Assembly: GCA_964577595.1 (NCBI GenBank)
Contig: CAZNZK010000004.1
Location: 27,294 to 91,293, forward strand
Source: an uncultured Candidatus Saccharibacteria bacterium
GTDB lineage: Bacteria; Patescibacteriota; Minisyncoccia; Phycocordibacterales; JAKAEA01
Direction: 5' to 3'
Length of the DNA: 64,000 bases
Part shown: in pieces, positions 38,407 to 47,518 of the stretch
Numbering within the stretch: position 1 is the first letter of the stretch
How the letters are laid out: each line of letters starts with the position of its first letter
Position numbers and translations under genes: made by a program
The notes under the pieces: generated by a model
Seen by the model: the letters and a program-made list of their open reading frames with translations, nothing else
What the model was told of the DNA's origin: nothing
Database searches by the model: none

Positions 38407-38682
38407 TCAGGCAGTTACGGCCGCGAGTTCCTCCCCCCAAAGAAAATCTTCCGCTTGCGATACCATTTGATGCAAGCCTTCGGGCGTGCGCGGCGTTTCC
38501 TTCAGGGTGGAACACTGAGCGGCGAGGTTTTCCATGGCAGAAATTGCCGCTGGGGAAAGCTCAACCTCATTCTTGCCCTTTTTTACAACAGCGGCGCCAG
38601 TCACTTCCAGTGTCTGAAGGGATTCCAGTGGGTCCGCGATGGCGTGGTCACTGAAGAGGTGTACGTGGTATCCAGGGATCAT
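38407..38682 (-). CDS. Hypothetical small protein
   Basis: 91 aa preceded on the minus strand by AAAGGAGCTCGT before the ATG. Non-biased composition. Confidence 0.4.
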   Translation of the reverse strand: MIPGYHVHLFSDHAIADPLESLQTLEVTGAAVVKKGKNEVELSPAAISAMENLAAQCSTLKETPRTPEGLHQMVSQAEDFLWGEELAAVTA

Positions 38683-38787
38683 ACGAGCTCCTTTCGTTGT
38701 GACATGACCTGATTACCGAATCAATCCTGTGATAAATGCTACGCTTCATAACGGGAAAATGCAAACATAAAGGGGTATACTAATTTT

Positions 38788-39381
38788 ATGTACAGCAAGA
38801 TGATTATCGGCATAGATGAGGTGGGGCGCGGGCCATTGGCCGGGCCGGTGACGCTCTGTGCGTGCGCGATTCCTGCCGGCCAGCTGAAAAAGTTTTTTGC
38901 TGGTGAGTTTAAAGGTATAAAAGATTCCAAAAAACTCAGCCCACAAGCGCGCGAATTCTTTTTTGAAAAAGTGAAAGCAAAGCGAGGGCAGGGGAGTGTC
39001 GTGTATGCAGTGTCGCATGTCAGTGCGGTTATTATTGACCGCATTGGCATTTCAAAAGCAGTAGCCCGCGCTCTTAAGCGTTGTCTTATTAAACTTGATC
39101 TTACTGCCGCGCGTTGCCAGGTATTGCTTGATGGCAGTTTGAAAGCGCCCGCACATTTTCAAAATCAAAAAACCATTATTCGTGGTGATGCCACCGTGCC
39201 GATTATCTCTCTCGCCTCTGTTATCGCCAAAGTTACTCGCGACCGCAAAATGACCCGCCTCGCTAAGGAGTTTCCGGAATATGGCCTAGAAATTCATAAA
39301 GGCTATGGCACGCTTTTGCACCAAAAAGCCCTTAAAAAGCACGGTTTGTCGCCCTTACATAGGCGCTCCTTTTGTCATTGA
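38788..39381 (+). CDS. rnhB: Ribonuclease HII
   Basis: MIIGIDEVGRGPLAGPVTLCA… is the canonical RNase HII N-terminus. Confidence 0.85.
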   Translation: MYSKMIIGIDEVGRGPLAGPVTLCACAIPAGQLKKFFAGEFKGIKDSKKLSPQAREFFFEKVKAKRGQGSVVYAVSHVSAVIIDRIGISKAVARALKRCLIKLDLTAARCQVLLDGSLKAPAHFQNQKTIIRGDATVPIISLASVIAKVTRDRKMTRLAKEFPEYGLEIHKGYGTLLHQKALKKHGLSPLHRRSFCH

Positions 39382-39472
39382 CAAACAGCTTTATAAATGC
39401 TATCATTTAGGAGTATTTGGGAGGAGTGTTTCCTCTCAAAATTTCGGTTCTTTTCCATGGAAGGAGGGCTTT

Positions 39473-40480
39473 ATGCCCACACCCAACACAACGCCGATCA
39501 ATCTCATTTGGACGCATCACCGTCCGCATCTGGACGAGCTTGTCGCTATTGACATGCTCAGGAGCGAAGGTCAGGACATTTTTCCTGGCATCGCGAACGC
39601 GCGGGTTGTCTTTATCCGCAACGGTGCTTTGCCTGTCGGAAAAACCTGGCAGGAGCTTCTGGACCAACGCATTCTTTTGGTTGGTATCGGCGGTAGCCCG
39701 TTTGATGAGCATGGCCGCACTGGCGTTGCTCGCAAAGAAGGGCAGTCTGCATGCTCACTGGTCGCGGACGCCCTCAACCTGAGGAAGCACCCGGTGTACA
39801 AGCGGCTCATTGAGTTGGCCACGGAGGCCGACCTTGGCGGCGTACACCAGTTGCACCTCGCTAATCTGCTCAAGCTTCGCTATCGGCTCTATCCGGATTC
39901 TCCGGAGATTGTCATGGCGTTGGCGATGTCGTTCATTAACGACCTGAAGGCAGAACAACGGGCGTTTCTCGCCGGTCAACGCGTTATCAGCGAGTTGCGT
40001 AAGAGTCCGTCTACACGATGTGAGATGCCGAGCGCCATTGGTCGCTTGGAAATCATCACGGCCAGGTCTGACAACTTCAAGTTGTCGGCGGCCGCACGCT
40101 CACTCAGTGTGGCGATTCTTGTCCAGGCTGAACTTGTTGGTGATCGGCCCCACGTGCAGATTTTCTCCAACACCAGCCGGCACAAATTCAGTATGCGTTT
40201 CGTTGCTGCTGAATGGCGCCGGCGGGAGCTGCTCGCTATGGGTATGTCTCCAGCCGGAGTCCAAAAACTCGACCAGGACGACTACCTTGCAAGTGAGGAC
40301 AGTATCGCCGAAGTGCCGAACATTTTCTACCACAAGATTGCGGAGAATGTGTTCAATGGCACCGAGACGACGCCTGCCGTGACTCCCACCCGGGTGTCGC
40401 TGGAGGACATCACGCGTATTGTACGGAAGTACACCTACGTGATGGCTCCCGAGCAAGCGCCCATAACCCAGTCAGTGTAA
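39473..40480 (+). CDS. Hypothetical protein (possible metal-dependent phosphohydrolase; weak DHH-like HHRPHLDE motif)
   Basis: AAGGAGGG RBS 5 nt before ATG 39473. 335 aa. Confidence 0.5.
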   Translation: MPTPNTTPINLIWTHHRPHLDELVAIDMLRSEGQDIFPGIANARVVFIRNGALPVGKTWQELLDQRILLVGIGGSPFDEHGRTGVARKEGQSACSLVADALNLRKHPVYKRLIELATEADLGGVHQLHLANLLKLRYRLYPDSPEIVMALAMSFINDLKAEQRAFLAGQRVISELRKSPSTRCEMPSAIGRLEIITARSDNFKLSAAARSLSVAILVQAELVGDRPHVQIFSNTSRHKFSMRFVAAEWRRRELLAMGMSPAGVQKLDQDDYLASEDSIAEVPNIFYHKIAENVFNGTETTPAVTPTRVSLEDITRIVRKYTYVMAPEQAPITQSV

Positions 40481-40506
40481 CCTTCCTGTTTCCCAGTCCC
40501 TTTTGT

Positions 40507-40534
40507 AAAAGCCCCTCCCCGGGGCTTTTCTTTT
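40507..40534 (+). terminator. Rho-independent terminator (AAAAGCCCC-TCCCC-GGGGCTTTT + CTTTT)
   Basis: Stem-loop plus T-run after 39473..40480. Confidence 0.6.
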
Positions 40535-40593
40535 GGCTGGATATTGCCTAAAAAGGGCTTTTGGGGTACTATATTTAGCCTATGGTAAATCAT

Positions 40594-40812
40594 ATGCGAC
40601 ATACCCGGTCCCAGACCGGCCAGCGCCGTTCTCACGACGCCCTCAAAAATCAAAATATCGGCTTCTGCTCTAAATGCGGTGCCGCTAAGCCCTCGCACGT
40701 TATGTGCCCGCACTGTGGCTTCTATGGCGACAAAACTGTAGTGGATATCCAGTCTGCCATCGTTAAGAAAGCAGAACGCCAGAAGAAAGCCGCTTCCAAG
40801 ACAAGTAAATAA
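40594..40812 (+). CDS. rpmF: 50S ribosomal protein L32 (zinc-ribbon type)
   Basis: MRHTRSQTGQRRSHDAL…CSKCG…CPHCG. A GC hairpin plus T-run terminator follows at ~40830..40855. Confidence 0.8.
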   Translation: MRHTRSQTGQRRSHDALKNQNIGFCSKCGAAKPSHVMCPHCGFYGDKTVVDIQSAIVKKAERQKKAASKTSK

Positions 40813-40892
40813 GACAAATCAATAATCCCCAAAAGTCCCCGCAAGGGGCTTTTTGATGGGCTGGTATGCTATACTAGAAGCAAAGTTCTGCA

Positions 40893-41825
40893 ATGGCCAA
40901 CCGGCACCTTTCACGTTCGTTAGTTCTACAATCTCTCTACGAGTGGGATTTCAACCCCGATGGAAAAAAGCCAGGAAAGAATGAAGGCCGGGCCGATATT
41001 GCTCCTATAATTGCCCGCAATCAGAAAGAATTTGGCGAAGGTCAAACCGATGAGCATTTTGCTGAAAACTTGGCTCGGGGTGTTTTGGCTAAGCAAAGTG
41101 AGCTTGATACTATTATTGCCAAGGCCGCTCCGGATTGGCCGCTGGATAAAATCTCGGTTATGGACCGCAATATTCTGCGTATCGGTCTTTACGAATTGCT
41201 TTTTTCCGATAGGGCAGAGGTGCCAGCCAAAGTGGCCATTAATGAGGCCATAGAGCTGGCAAAAGGCTATGGAGGCGACACTTCCGGTCGGTTTATAAAC
41301 GGCGTTTTGGGTGCGGTGTATAAAGAAATCGGCGAGCCAGGCAAGGATGAAATCTCTAAGAAAGTCGGAAAGGGTGTGCCGGGAGCACCCAAAAAAGAAA
41401 TTCCCATTCAACACTTGGGTGGCGCTGTGGTTTACGCTCGTGAGGGTGATGAGGTGTACTTGGCTTTGGTGCACGATGTCTTTGGTCACTGGACGTTAAC
41501 AAAAGGCGGCATTGAAGCCGAAGAAAAAGTGGAGCAGGGCACCTTGCGAGGTGTCACAGAAGAGCTCGGCCTCAAAAAACTCACCATTAAAGAGAAATTG
41601 GACGAAAATACCTACGTTGCCTACAGCCCGGAGAGTGGCAAGAAGAAAAAGCACGTTACCTATTTCCTGGTTGAGTCGCCATTTGCGGAACTAAAGCTTG
41701 AAGAAAAGGGTGGCTTGGATGACGCGAAGTGGTTTAAGATGAAAGATATTCTGGAGTTGAATTTTTATAACGATATTTTGCCGATAGTTACCAAGGCGAT
41801 TAATTTGATTTTAGCCCAAAAATAG
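40893..41825 (+). CDS. nusB: NusB antitermination factor fused to a C-terminal Nudix hydrolase domain
   Basis: NusB core (RSLVLQSLYEWDF…DRNILRIGLYELLF…AINEAIELAKGYGG) then a Nudix box GGIEAEEKVEQGTLRGVTEELGL (GX5EX7R[G]VxEExGL) in a single 310-aa ORF. Confidence 0.75.
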   Translation: MANRHLSRSLVLQSLYEWDFNPDGKKPGKNEGRADIAPIIARNQKEFGEGQTDEHFAENLARGVLAKQSELDTIIAKAAPDWPLDKISVMDRNILRIGLYELLFSDRAEVPAKVAINEAIELAKGYGGDTSGRFINGVLGAVYKEIGEPGKDEISKKVGKGVPGAPKKEIPIQHLGGAVVYAREGDEVYLALVHDVFGHWTLTKGGIEAEEKVEQGTLRGVTEELGLKKLTIKEKLDENTYVAYSPESGKKKKHVTYFLVESPFAELKLEEKGGLDDAKWFKMKDILELNFYNDILPIVTKAINLILAQK

Positions 41826-41843
41826 CGTACAACGTATCTACAT

Positions 41844-42539
41844 ATGCCGAAAGATCTCTCCCTATTTGAAAAAGGAATCGGCGTGGAGTTTAAGGATAAA
41901 AACCTTTTGCGCCAAGCTTTTACCCACCGCTCGTTTTTGAATGAAAACAAGGGGTCCGATTTGGCCGACAACGAGCGCTTGGAATTTCTGGGTGACGCTG
42001 TTCTACAGTTGGTGGTTACCGACCACCTTTTTGGCCAGTATGGCGACAAGCCAGAAGGCGAGCTCACTGCTTACCGCTCGGCCTTGGTGAACGCACAAAC
42101 GCTCAGTAAGGTGGCTTTGGATATTGGCATGAATGACTATTTACTGCTTTCGCATGGCGAGCGGCGCGACACTGGCCGGGCTCGCAGTATTATTCTGGCG
42201 AATGCTTTTGAGGCGATTGTGGGAGCGATTTATTTGGATGGTGGCTATGCTGTTGCCGCTGGCTTTATTGCCGCCAAAATCTTTTCACTTATTCCTGATG
42301 TGGTGGCTGGCAAGCTCTGGCTTGACGCCAAGAGCCGTTTTCAGGAAGCTGCCCAAGAACACGCGAGCACCACACCTGTCTATAAAACCACTAAAGAAAC
42401 CGGCCCCGACCATGACCGTATTTTTACCGTTGGTGTGTATTTAGCCAAAGAGCTCGTGGCTTCAGGTGAAGGGCCAAGCAAGCAGGATGCCGAGCAGGAA
42501 GCGGCTCGCAAGGCGCTTGAAAGCCGCGGCTGGCTCTAA
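41844..42539 (+). CDS. rnc: Ribonuclease III
   Basis: Signature ERLEFLGDAVLQLVVTDHLF plus a C-terminal dsRBD. Confidence 0.9.
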   Translation: MPKDLSLFEKGIGVEFKDKNLLRQAFTHRSFLNENKGSDLADNERLEFLGDAVLQLVVTDHLFGQYGDKPEGELTAYRSALVNAQTLSKVALDIGMNDYLLLSHGERRDTGRARSIILANAFEAIVGAIYLDGGYAVAAGFIAAKIFSLIPDVVAGKLWLDAKSRFQEAAQEHASTTPVYKTTKETGPDHDRIFTVGVYLAKELVASGEGPSKQDAEQEAARKALESRGWL

Positions 42540-42604
42540 GGGGTGCGGTTAGGGGCAGGCACTATTTTTTAAAATCATGTTCCGACAGAAAGTCCTTTTA
42601 GGCG

Positions 42605-42870
42605 GGGTACAGAAAATGCTCTAAAAACCTGTCAAATCTGGCAAAAAATTAATTTTCTTCCCGTAGAAGCCCTAACTAAAGTGCTTTTTTACCATGCAAA
42701 ACATATGCGAAAATATGCATATGTTTTTTTGTGATGCAATGTGGTAGGCGGTGGCTTCACTTAGTCATCTCCAAAATCAAAAAGATGAAGAAAAAATGAA
42801 AACTCTCATTTCTTGAGTGCTTTTATGTAGGTGCCCGAAAAGGCGTTTCTAAAAACTCATCAGAGAACGA
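42605..42870 (+). repeat. Copy A of a ~260-bp hairpin-rich intergenic element (also at 51850..52105)
   Basis: About 80% identical to copy B. Shared blocks: aaaac(c/t)tgtcaaat…ttttcttcccgt…, aaacatatgc(g/a)…gcatatgttt (palindrome), gtgatg(c/t)aatgtgg…ggtggcttca(c/t)ttag(t/c)catctccaaaat(c/a)aaaaagatgaagaaaaaatgaaaa. Confidence 0.75.
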
Positions 42871-42929
42871 GCGGATGTGTCATAATTAGCCGAAAGAGCT
42901 TTTTTCTTATATAATTCGGGGCATATTCC

Positions 42930-45236
42930 ATGCGTCTCAAATCTCTGGAAATCAGCGGGTTTAAATCATTCGCCAAGAAAACGGCGTTAGAATTTGGCAC
43001 GGCTATTACGGGCATTGTCGGCCCCAACGGCTCCGGCAAAAGCAATGTGGCGGAAGCCTTTCGTTTTGTGCTCGGTGAGCAGTCTATGAAATCGCTTCGC
43101 GGCAAGCGCGGCGAGGATTTAATTTTCAATGGCGGGGCGAGCGCTGGCCGGCAAAATCGGGCCAGTGTGAAGCTGGTTTTTGACAATACCGACCGCGCTT
43201 TGGGGCTGGATTTTGACGACGTAACGCTTGAACGCGTGGTGCACCGCGATTCGGCCAATGAGTATTTTATTAATGGCTCGCCGGCGCGCCTTAAAGACAT
43301 CGTTGAATTGCTTTCCGGCGCGCACATTGGCGCTTCTGGGCACCACATAATTTCCCAGGGCGAAGCCGACCGTATTTTAAATGCGAATTTGAAGGAGCGT
43401 CGCGAAATGATAGAAGATGCGCTCGGCTTGAAAATTTATCATTATAAGCGTGAGGAAAGCGAGCGTAAGCTTGAGAAAACCGCTGAAAACATTGGTCAAG
43501 TGGAGAGTTTGCGCAAGGAAATTGCCCCGCACTTGCGCTTCCTGGAAAAGCAGATGGAAAAGGTGGAGAAAACAGAAAAAGTGCGCCAGGATTTGCTAGA
43601 GCGGGCTAAAGAGTATTTTAAGCGCGAAAGCATTTATGTGCGGGTGCAAAACGTGCGCATTCAGGAAGAAGAAGGGCCGCTTCTCAAAAATAAACACGCC
43701 TTGGAGCAGGAATTAAACGCCGCAAAAGCGGTATTGGAAAAAGCCGCAGGGCGCGATGGCAAGCAAGATGCTACCACTGCCGCCCTTTTAGATGTTGAGA
43801 AAAAACTGGCAACGGTGCGGGCCGAGCGCGAGGAGCTTTCGCGCCATGTAGGCCGGATTGAAGGGGAAATCGCTTCCGAGGAACGAGCTATTCGCCGTGA
43901 GGAAGCTATGGCCAAAACCCGCGCCGGCCAAACGGTACCGCTTGCAGAAGTAGAATCTGCTATTGCCACTATTAATGAGCGCTTGCAAGAAGCGGAAACC
44001 ACCGGCGACCCGAGTGTGTTTGCAAAAATCGCCAGCGGCATCAAAGAATTTCTCTCGCAATTTTTGCATCGCTACCGCGAGGGCACCAGTGAAAATGCTG
44101 TGGGAGCTATTGCCGCCAGCCGGCTTGAAATAGAGCGCCTAGCAGGCGAGCAGAAATCCGCCGCCCTGAAAACGCAGGCCCTGGCTAAGGCGGAAAGCGA
44201 TCTCATTGCCGATACCGAAAAACTCCGCCAGCATATTGAAAAGGAGAAGGATAGCAATCGCGACGCTGAAAAAGCCGTGTTTCGTATCATGGCTGAGCAT
44301 AATGAGCTTATTTCCAAGCTGGCCGGTGTGCGGGCGCGCCAGGAAGTTTTGACGGCAATTGAAAATGCATTTAAAAATGACTTGGGTGACATGGCCGCCA
44401 TGGCCGGCCGGGCTATTGTGGATTTTGACCAGCACCAGCTGGCTAACCTTTCTGATGATGAAGTGGCCGCCGAGCCGCGTGCTGAGCAGGAGGGCCGCCG
44501 CAAACTTTTGGAGCGCCTCAAAATCCGCATTGAAGAAGCGGGCGCGGGCAATAGCGACGACATCACCAAAGAATATAAAGAAGCCAAGGAACGCGACGAG
44601 TTTTTAGCGCGTGAGCTTGCCGACTTGGCCAAATCTGCCGAAACTTTGCGTATTTTGATTGCTGACTTGGCGGAAAAACTAGATACCGACTTCAAAGCCG
44701 GCGTCACTAAAATTAATGAGCAGTTCGGTCAATTTTTCGCCCTCATGTTTGGCGGCGGCGCGGCCGAGCTTTTGGTAGTGAAAGCGGCATCGCGGCCGAA
44801 GCGCAAAAATGACACTGACGACCTTGCCGATATTACCGGCGAGAGCGACGGTGAAGAAATGGCGGAGGCCGAAGAAAGCGAGGAGGGAATTGACATCAGC
44901 GTCAATTTGCCCAAAAAGCGCATTAAAGGCTTAGCTATGCTCTCTGGCGGCGAGCGCGCGCTCACGAGCATTGCCCTCCTTTTCGCCGTCTCTCAAGTGA
45001 ACCCGCCACCTTTTATTATTTTAGACGAAACCGACGCCGCTTTAGACGAAGCCAATTCCCGCAAATATGGCGACATGATAGAAAATCTTTCCAAATATTC
45101 CCAGCTCATTCTCATTACCCACAACCGCGAAACCATGTCGCGCGCCGGCATTCTTTATGGCGTCACTATGAGCTCTGAAGGCGCCTCCAAGCTTCTCTCT
45201 ATTAAATTTGACCAGGCTGTAGAGGTGGCGAAATAA
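42930..45236 (+). CDS. smc: SMC-family chromosome-segregation ATPase (short, hinge-less form)
   Basis: N-terminal Walker A (GIVGPNGSGKSNV), long coiled-coil, and C-terminal signature/Walker B (LSGGERALTSIALLFAV…IILDETDAALD). 768 aa. Confidence 0.65.
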   Translation: MRLKSLEISGFKSFAKKTALEFGTAITGIVGPNGSGKSNVAEAFRFVLGEQSMKSLRGKRGEDLIFNGGASAGRQNRASVKLVFDNTDRALGLDFDDVTLERVVHRDSANEYFINGSPARLKDIVELLSGAHIGASGHHIISQGEADRILNANLKERREMIEDALGLKIYHYKREESERKLEKTAENIGQVESLRKEIAPHLRFLEKQMEKVEKTEKVRQDLLERAKEYFKRESIYVRVQNVRIQEEEGPLLKNKHALEQELNAAKAVLEKAAGRDGKQDATTAALLDVEKKLATVRAEREELSRHVGRIEGEIASEERAIRREEAMAKTRAGQTVPLAEVESAIATINERLQEAETTGDPSVFAKIASGIKEFLSQFLHRYREGTSENAVGAIAASRLEIERLAGEQKSAALKTQALAKAESDLIADTEKLRQHIEKEKDSNRDAEKAVFRIMAEHNELISKLAGVRARQEVLTAIENAFKNDLGDMAAMAGRAIVDFDQHQLANLSDDEVAAEPRAEQEGRRKLLERLKIRIEEAGAGNSDDITKEYKEAKERDEFLARELADLAKSAETLRILIADLAEKLDTDFKAGVTKINEQFGQFFALMFGGGAAELLVVKAASRPKRKNDTDDLADITGESDGEEMAEAEESEEGIDISVNLPKKRIKGLAMLSGGERALTSIALLFAVSQVNPPPFIILDETDAALDEANSRKYGDMIENLSKYSQLILITHNRETMSRAGILYGVTMSSEGASKLLSIKFDQAVEVAK

Positions 45237-45248
45237 GCTACATAAAAA

Positions 45249-47033
45249 ATGAATACTCCCAAAATTACAGTCGGTAAGTTACTCAGGGCTTTTTGGAACG
45301 GTTTAGCTCCTCAAAAGTGGTTTTTTCTTACAACCATTGGCACGTTTGTCGTTGGAAGCATTTTGTACGTTCTAGTACCAACTTTTTACAAATCCTTTTT
45401 TGATCTGATTACCAATACGTCCGACAAAGTTTCCGCTGTTCCCGCATTACTGAAAATCATCATTGAAATTCTGATCATTAATGGCACTTCAACGGTGCTG
45501 TATTGGATTGGGATGTTCACCGCAAGTTACTACGATCCGAAAACACAAGCGACATTGCGCCAGCAGGCATTTTCCTACATTATCGACCATTCCTACACCT
45601 ATTTTGCCGATAATTTTACAGGTTCAATTACGTAACGGGTTAACCGTTATGCCCGAGCTTTTACTCGCCTTAACGGGCAACTTTTGTGGACAATTTTACC
45701 TCTTTCTATATATGTTGCTGGCGTAACGATAGTGCTCTGGTTTGTTAATCCCATTTACTCCTTAATTGTTGTTGTGTGGATTGGTTCCTTTTGGACGATA
45801 AACTACTTTTCTTCCAAATGGAAATTGAAGTATGACATTGCCGCTTCAGAAGCTGACTCCAAAAGCACGGCAATTCTCTCCGACAGCATTACCAATCACT
45901 CGGTAGTCCAACTTTTTGCTCGGAGCAAGGCAGAATCGACACATTTTACACAGCTAACAGACCTCCAAGCCCGCAAAGAGGCCTTTACGGGATATTTGTC
46001 CACGCTTATCAATGTTGTTTGGGGCACGCTTAACGTAACGGTGGAATTTTTGATTTTCTTTTTGCTGATACATTATTGGCAGGAAGGATTAATTACTATC
46101 GGCACATTTGTACTGGTCCAGGTCTACTTTCTGGGCTTGGCTACTCGATTGTGGGATTTGACGCGCATTGTTCCGGAAGTGTACCAAGCCTTTGCCGATG
46201 CTAAGGAGGCACTTGAAATGATGACTACTCCATACGAGGTACGAGATATCCCTCATGCTAAAAAACTAACGATTACCGATGGCGTCATCGAGTTCGGTAA
46301 TATAAGCTTCAGTTTTAATGAAACACGAGAGGTTCTTAAGGGTATCACTCTGAAAATTCAAGCCAAAGAAAAAGTGGCTCTCATTGGTCCTTCCGGCTCG
46401 GGCAAGTCAACGCTCGTACGGCTTCTTATGCGACTCTATAACCTGGAAAGCGGCGCTATTTTTATTGATCACCAGAACATCCAACAAGTAACACAAGAAA
46501 GCTTGCGCCTGAATATTGCTTTTGTACCTCAAGACCCAACTCTTTTCCACCGAACGATAGCGGAAAATATCCGGTATGGTAAACCAGATGCAACCGACGA
46601 GGAGGTTGTCGCAGCGGCAAAACTCGCTCATTGCGATGAATTTATTACAGAGTTACCGTCGGGCTACAAAACGTATGTTGGCGAGCGAGGCATCAAACTC
46701 TCCGGCGGCGAGCGCCAGAGGGTGGCAATTGCCCGGGCGATTTTAAAAAACGCCCCAATCCTTGTTCTCGACGAAGCCACGTCAAGTCTGGATTCACACT
46801 CAGAGGCTCTTATTCAGGACGCTCTGAATGTGCTCATGAAGGATAAAACGGTTATTGTTATTGCTCACCGTCTTTCAACTATCAGAAAAATGGATAGAAT
46901 AATCGTGCTTAAAGAAGGTGCAATTATTGAGGAGGGATCACACGAGATGCTTTTGGAAAATTCCACTGGTCTGTATAAAAAACTTTGGGATCTTCAGGCG
47001 GGGGGATTCCTTAAGGAAGATATTGTTGGGTAA
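45249..47033 (+). pseudogene. ABC exporter (fused permease + ATPase, MsbA-like) interrupted by one in-frame TAA at 45633..45635
   Basis: ORFs 45249..45635 and 45684..47033 share one frame. Translation across the stop reads …FADNFTGSIT*RVNRYARAFTRLNGQLLWTILPLS…, a continuous ABC transmembrane-domain sequence. The NBD carries LSGGERQRVAIARAIL and Walker motifs. Confidence 0.65.
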
Positions 47034-47255
47034 AATAGGGTCAGGCACCGTTTTTAATCGACACCCACCTCTCTAAAAAGTCAAAAATCAACATTTAAAA
47101 GTTGAAAATTTCAGTGCTGCTGGCCTTTCATCTTTTCTTCTCGGGAATTTATTTTGCTTAAAATTACTATAAGGACAATGACGTTCATGACGAGAACGCA
47201 AAAAATATAGAAAAGGAGCATGAAAGTATCAGAGTTCATAGGATAAGTGTAGTAT

Positions 47256-47456
47256 TTATTTTGATAAAATCAAGCCAATAGACCAGCAGATAGCAATAGA
47301 GACAAGGCCACCGCCAAAAAGTAACACGTTAATTTTCTGGTTAATCATTGGCTCAATAACTATTGACGCTAAGATAACCTGGCTCACGTTCAAACAAACC
47401 TCGACCAAGGTTGTTCGTTGTTGTGCGGACAGGGTAAAGAACCATTTTCTTGGCAT
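47256..47456 (-). CDS. Possible small hydrophobic membrane peptide
   Basis: 66-aa ORF in a 480-bp gap. No RBS. Confidence 0.2.
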   Translation of the reverse strand: MPRKWFFTLSAQQRTTLVEVCLNVSQVILASIVIEPMINQKINVLLFGGGLVSIAICWSIGLILSK

Positions 47457-47518
47457 GCCCTTAGTATAATAGGCACTCCTAAAATAGTTCTGAAGAAAAA
47501 ATAAAATATATAGTTACA

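Noticed and set aside
42700-42830. Small ORFs inside the repeated intergenic element (e.g. MKTLIS*, MKILSFEGF…)
   Set aside because: Not conserved between the two copies in length or sequence, so coding is unlikely.
47100-47250. Second tiny hydrophobic ORF (43 aa, minus strand) and an 8-aa ORF with an AAGGAG RBS (plus strand)
   Set aside because: Too short and without conservation evidence. Not reported as features.
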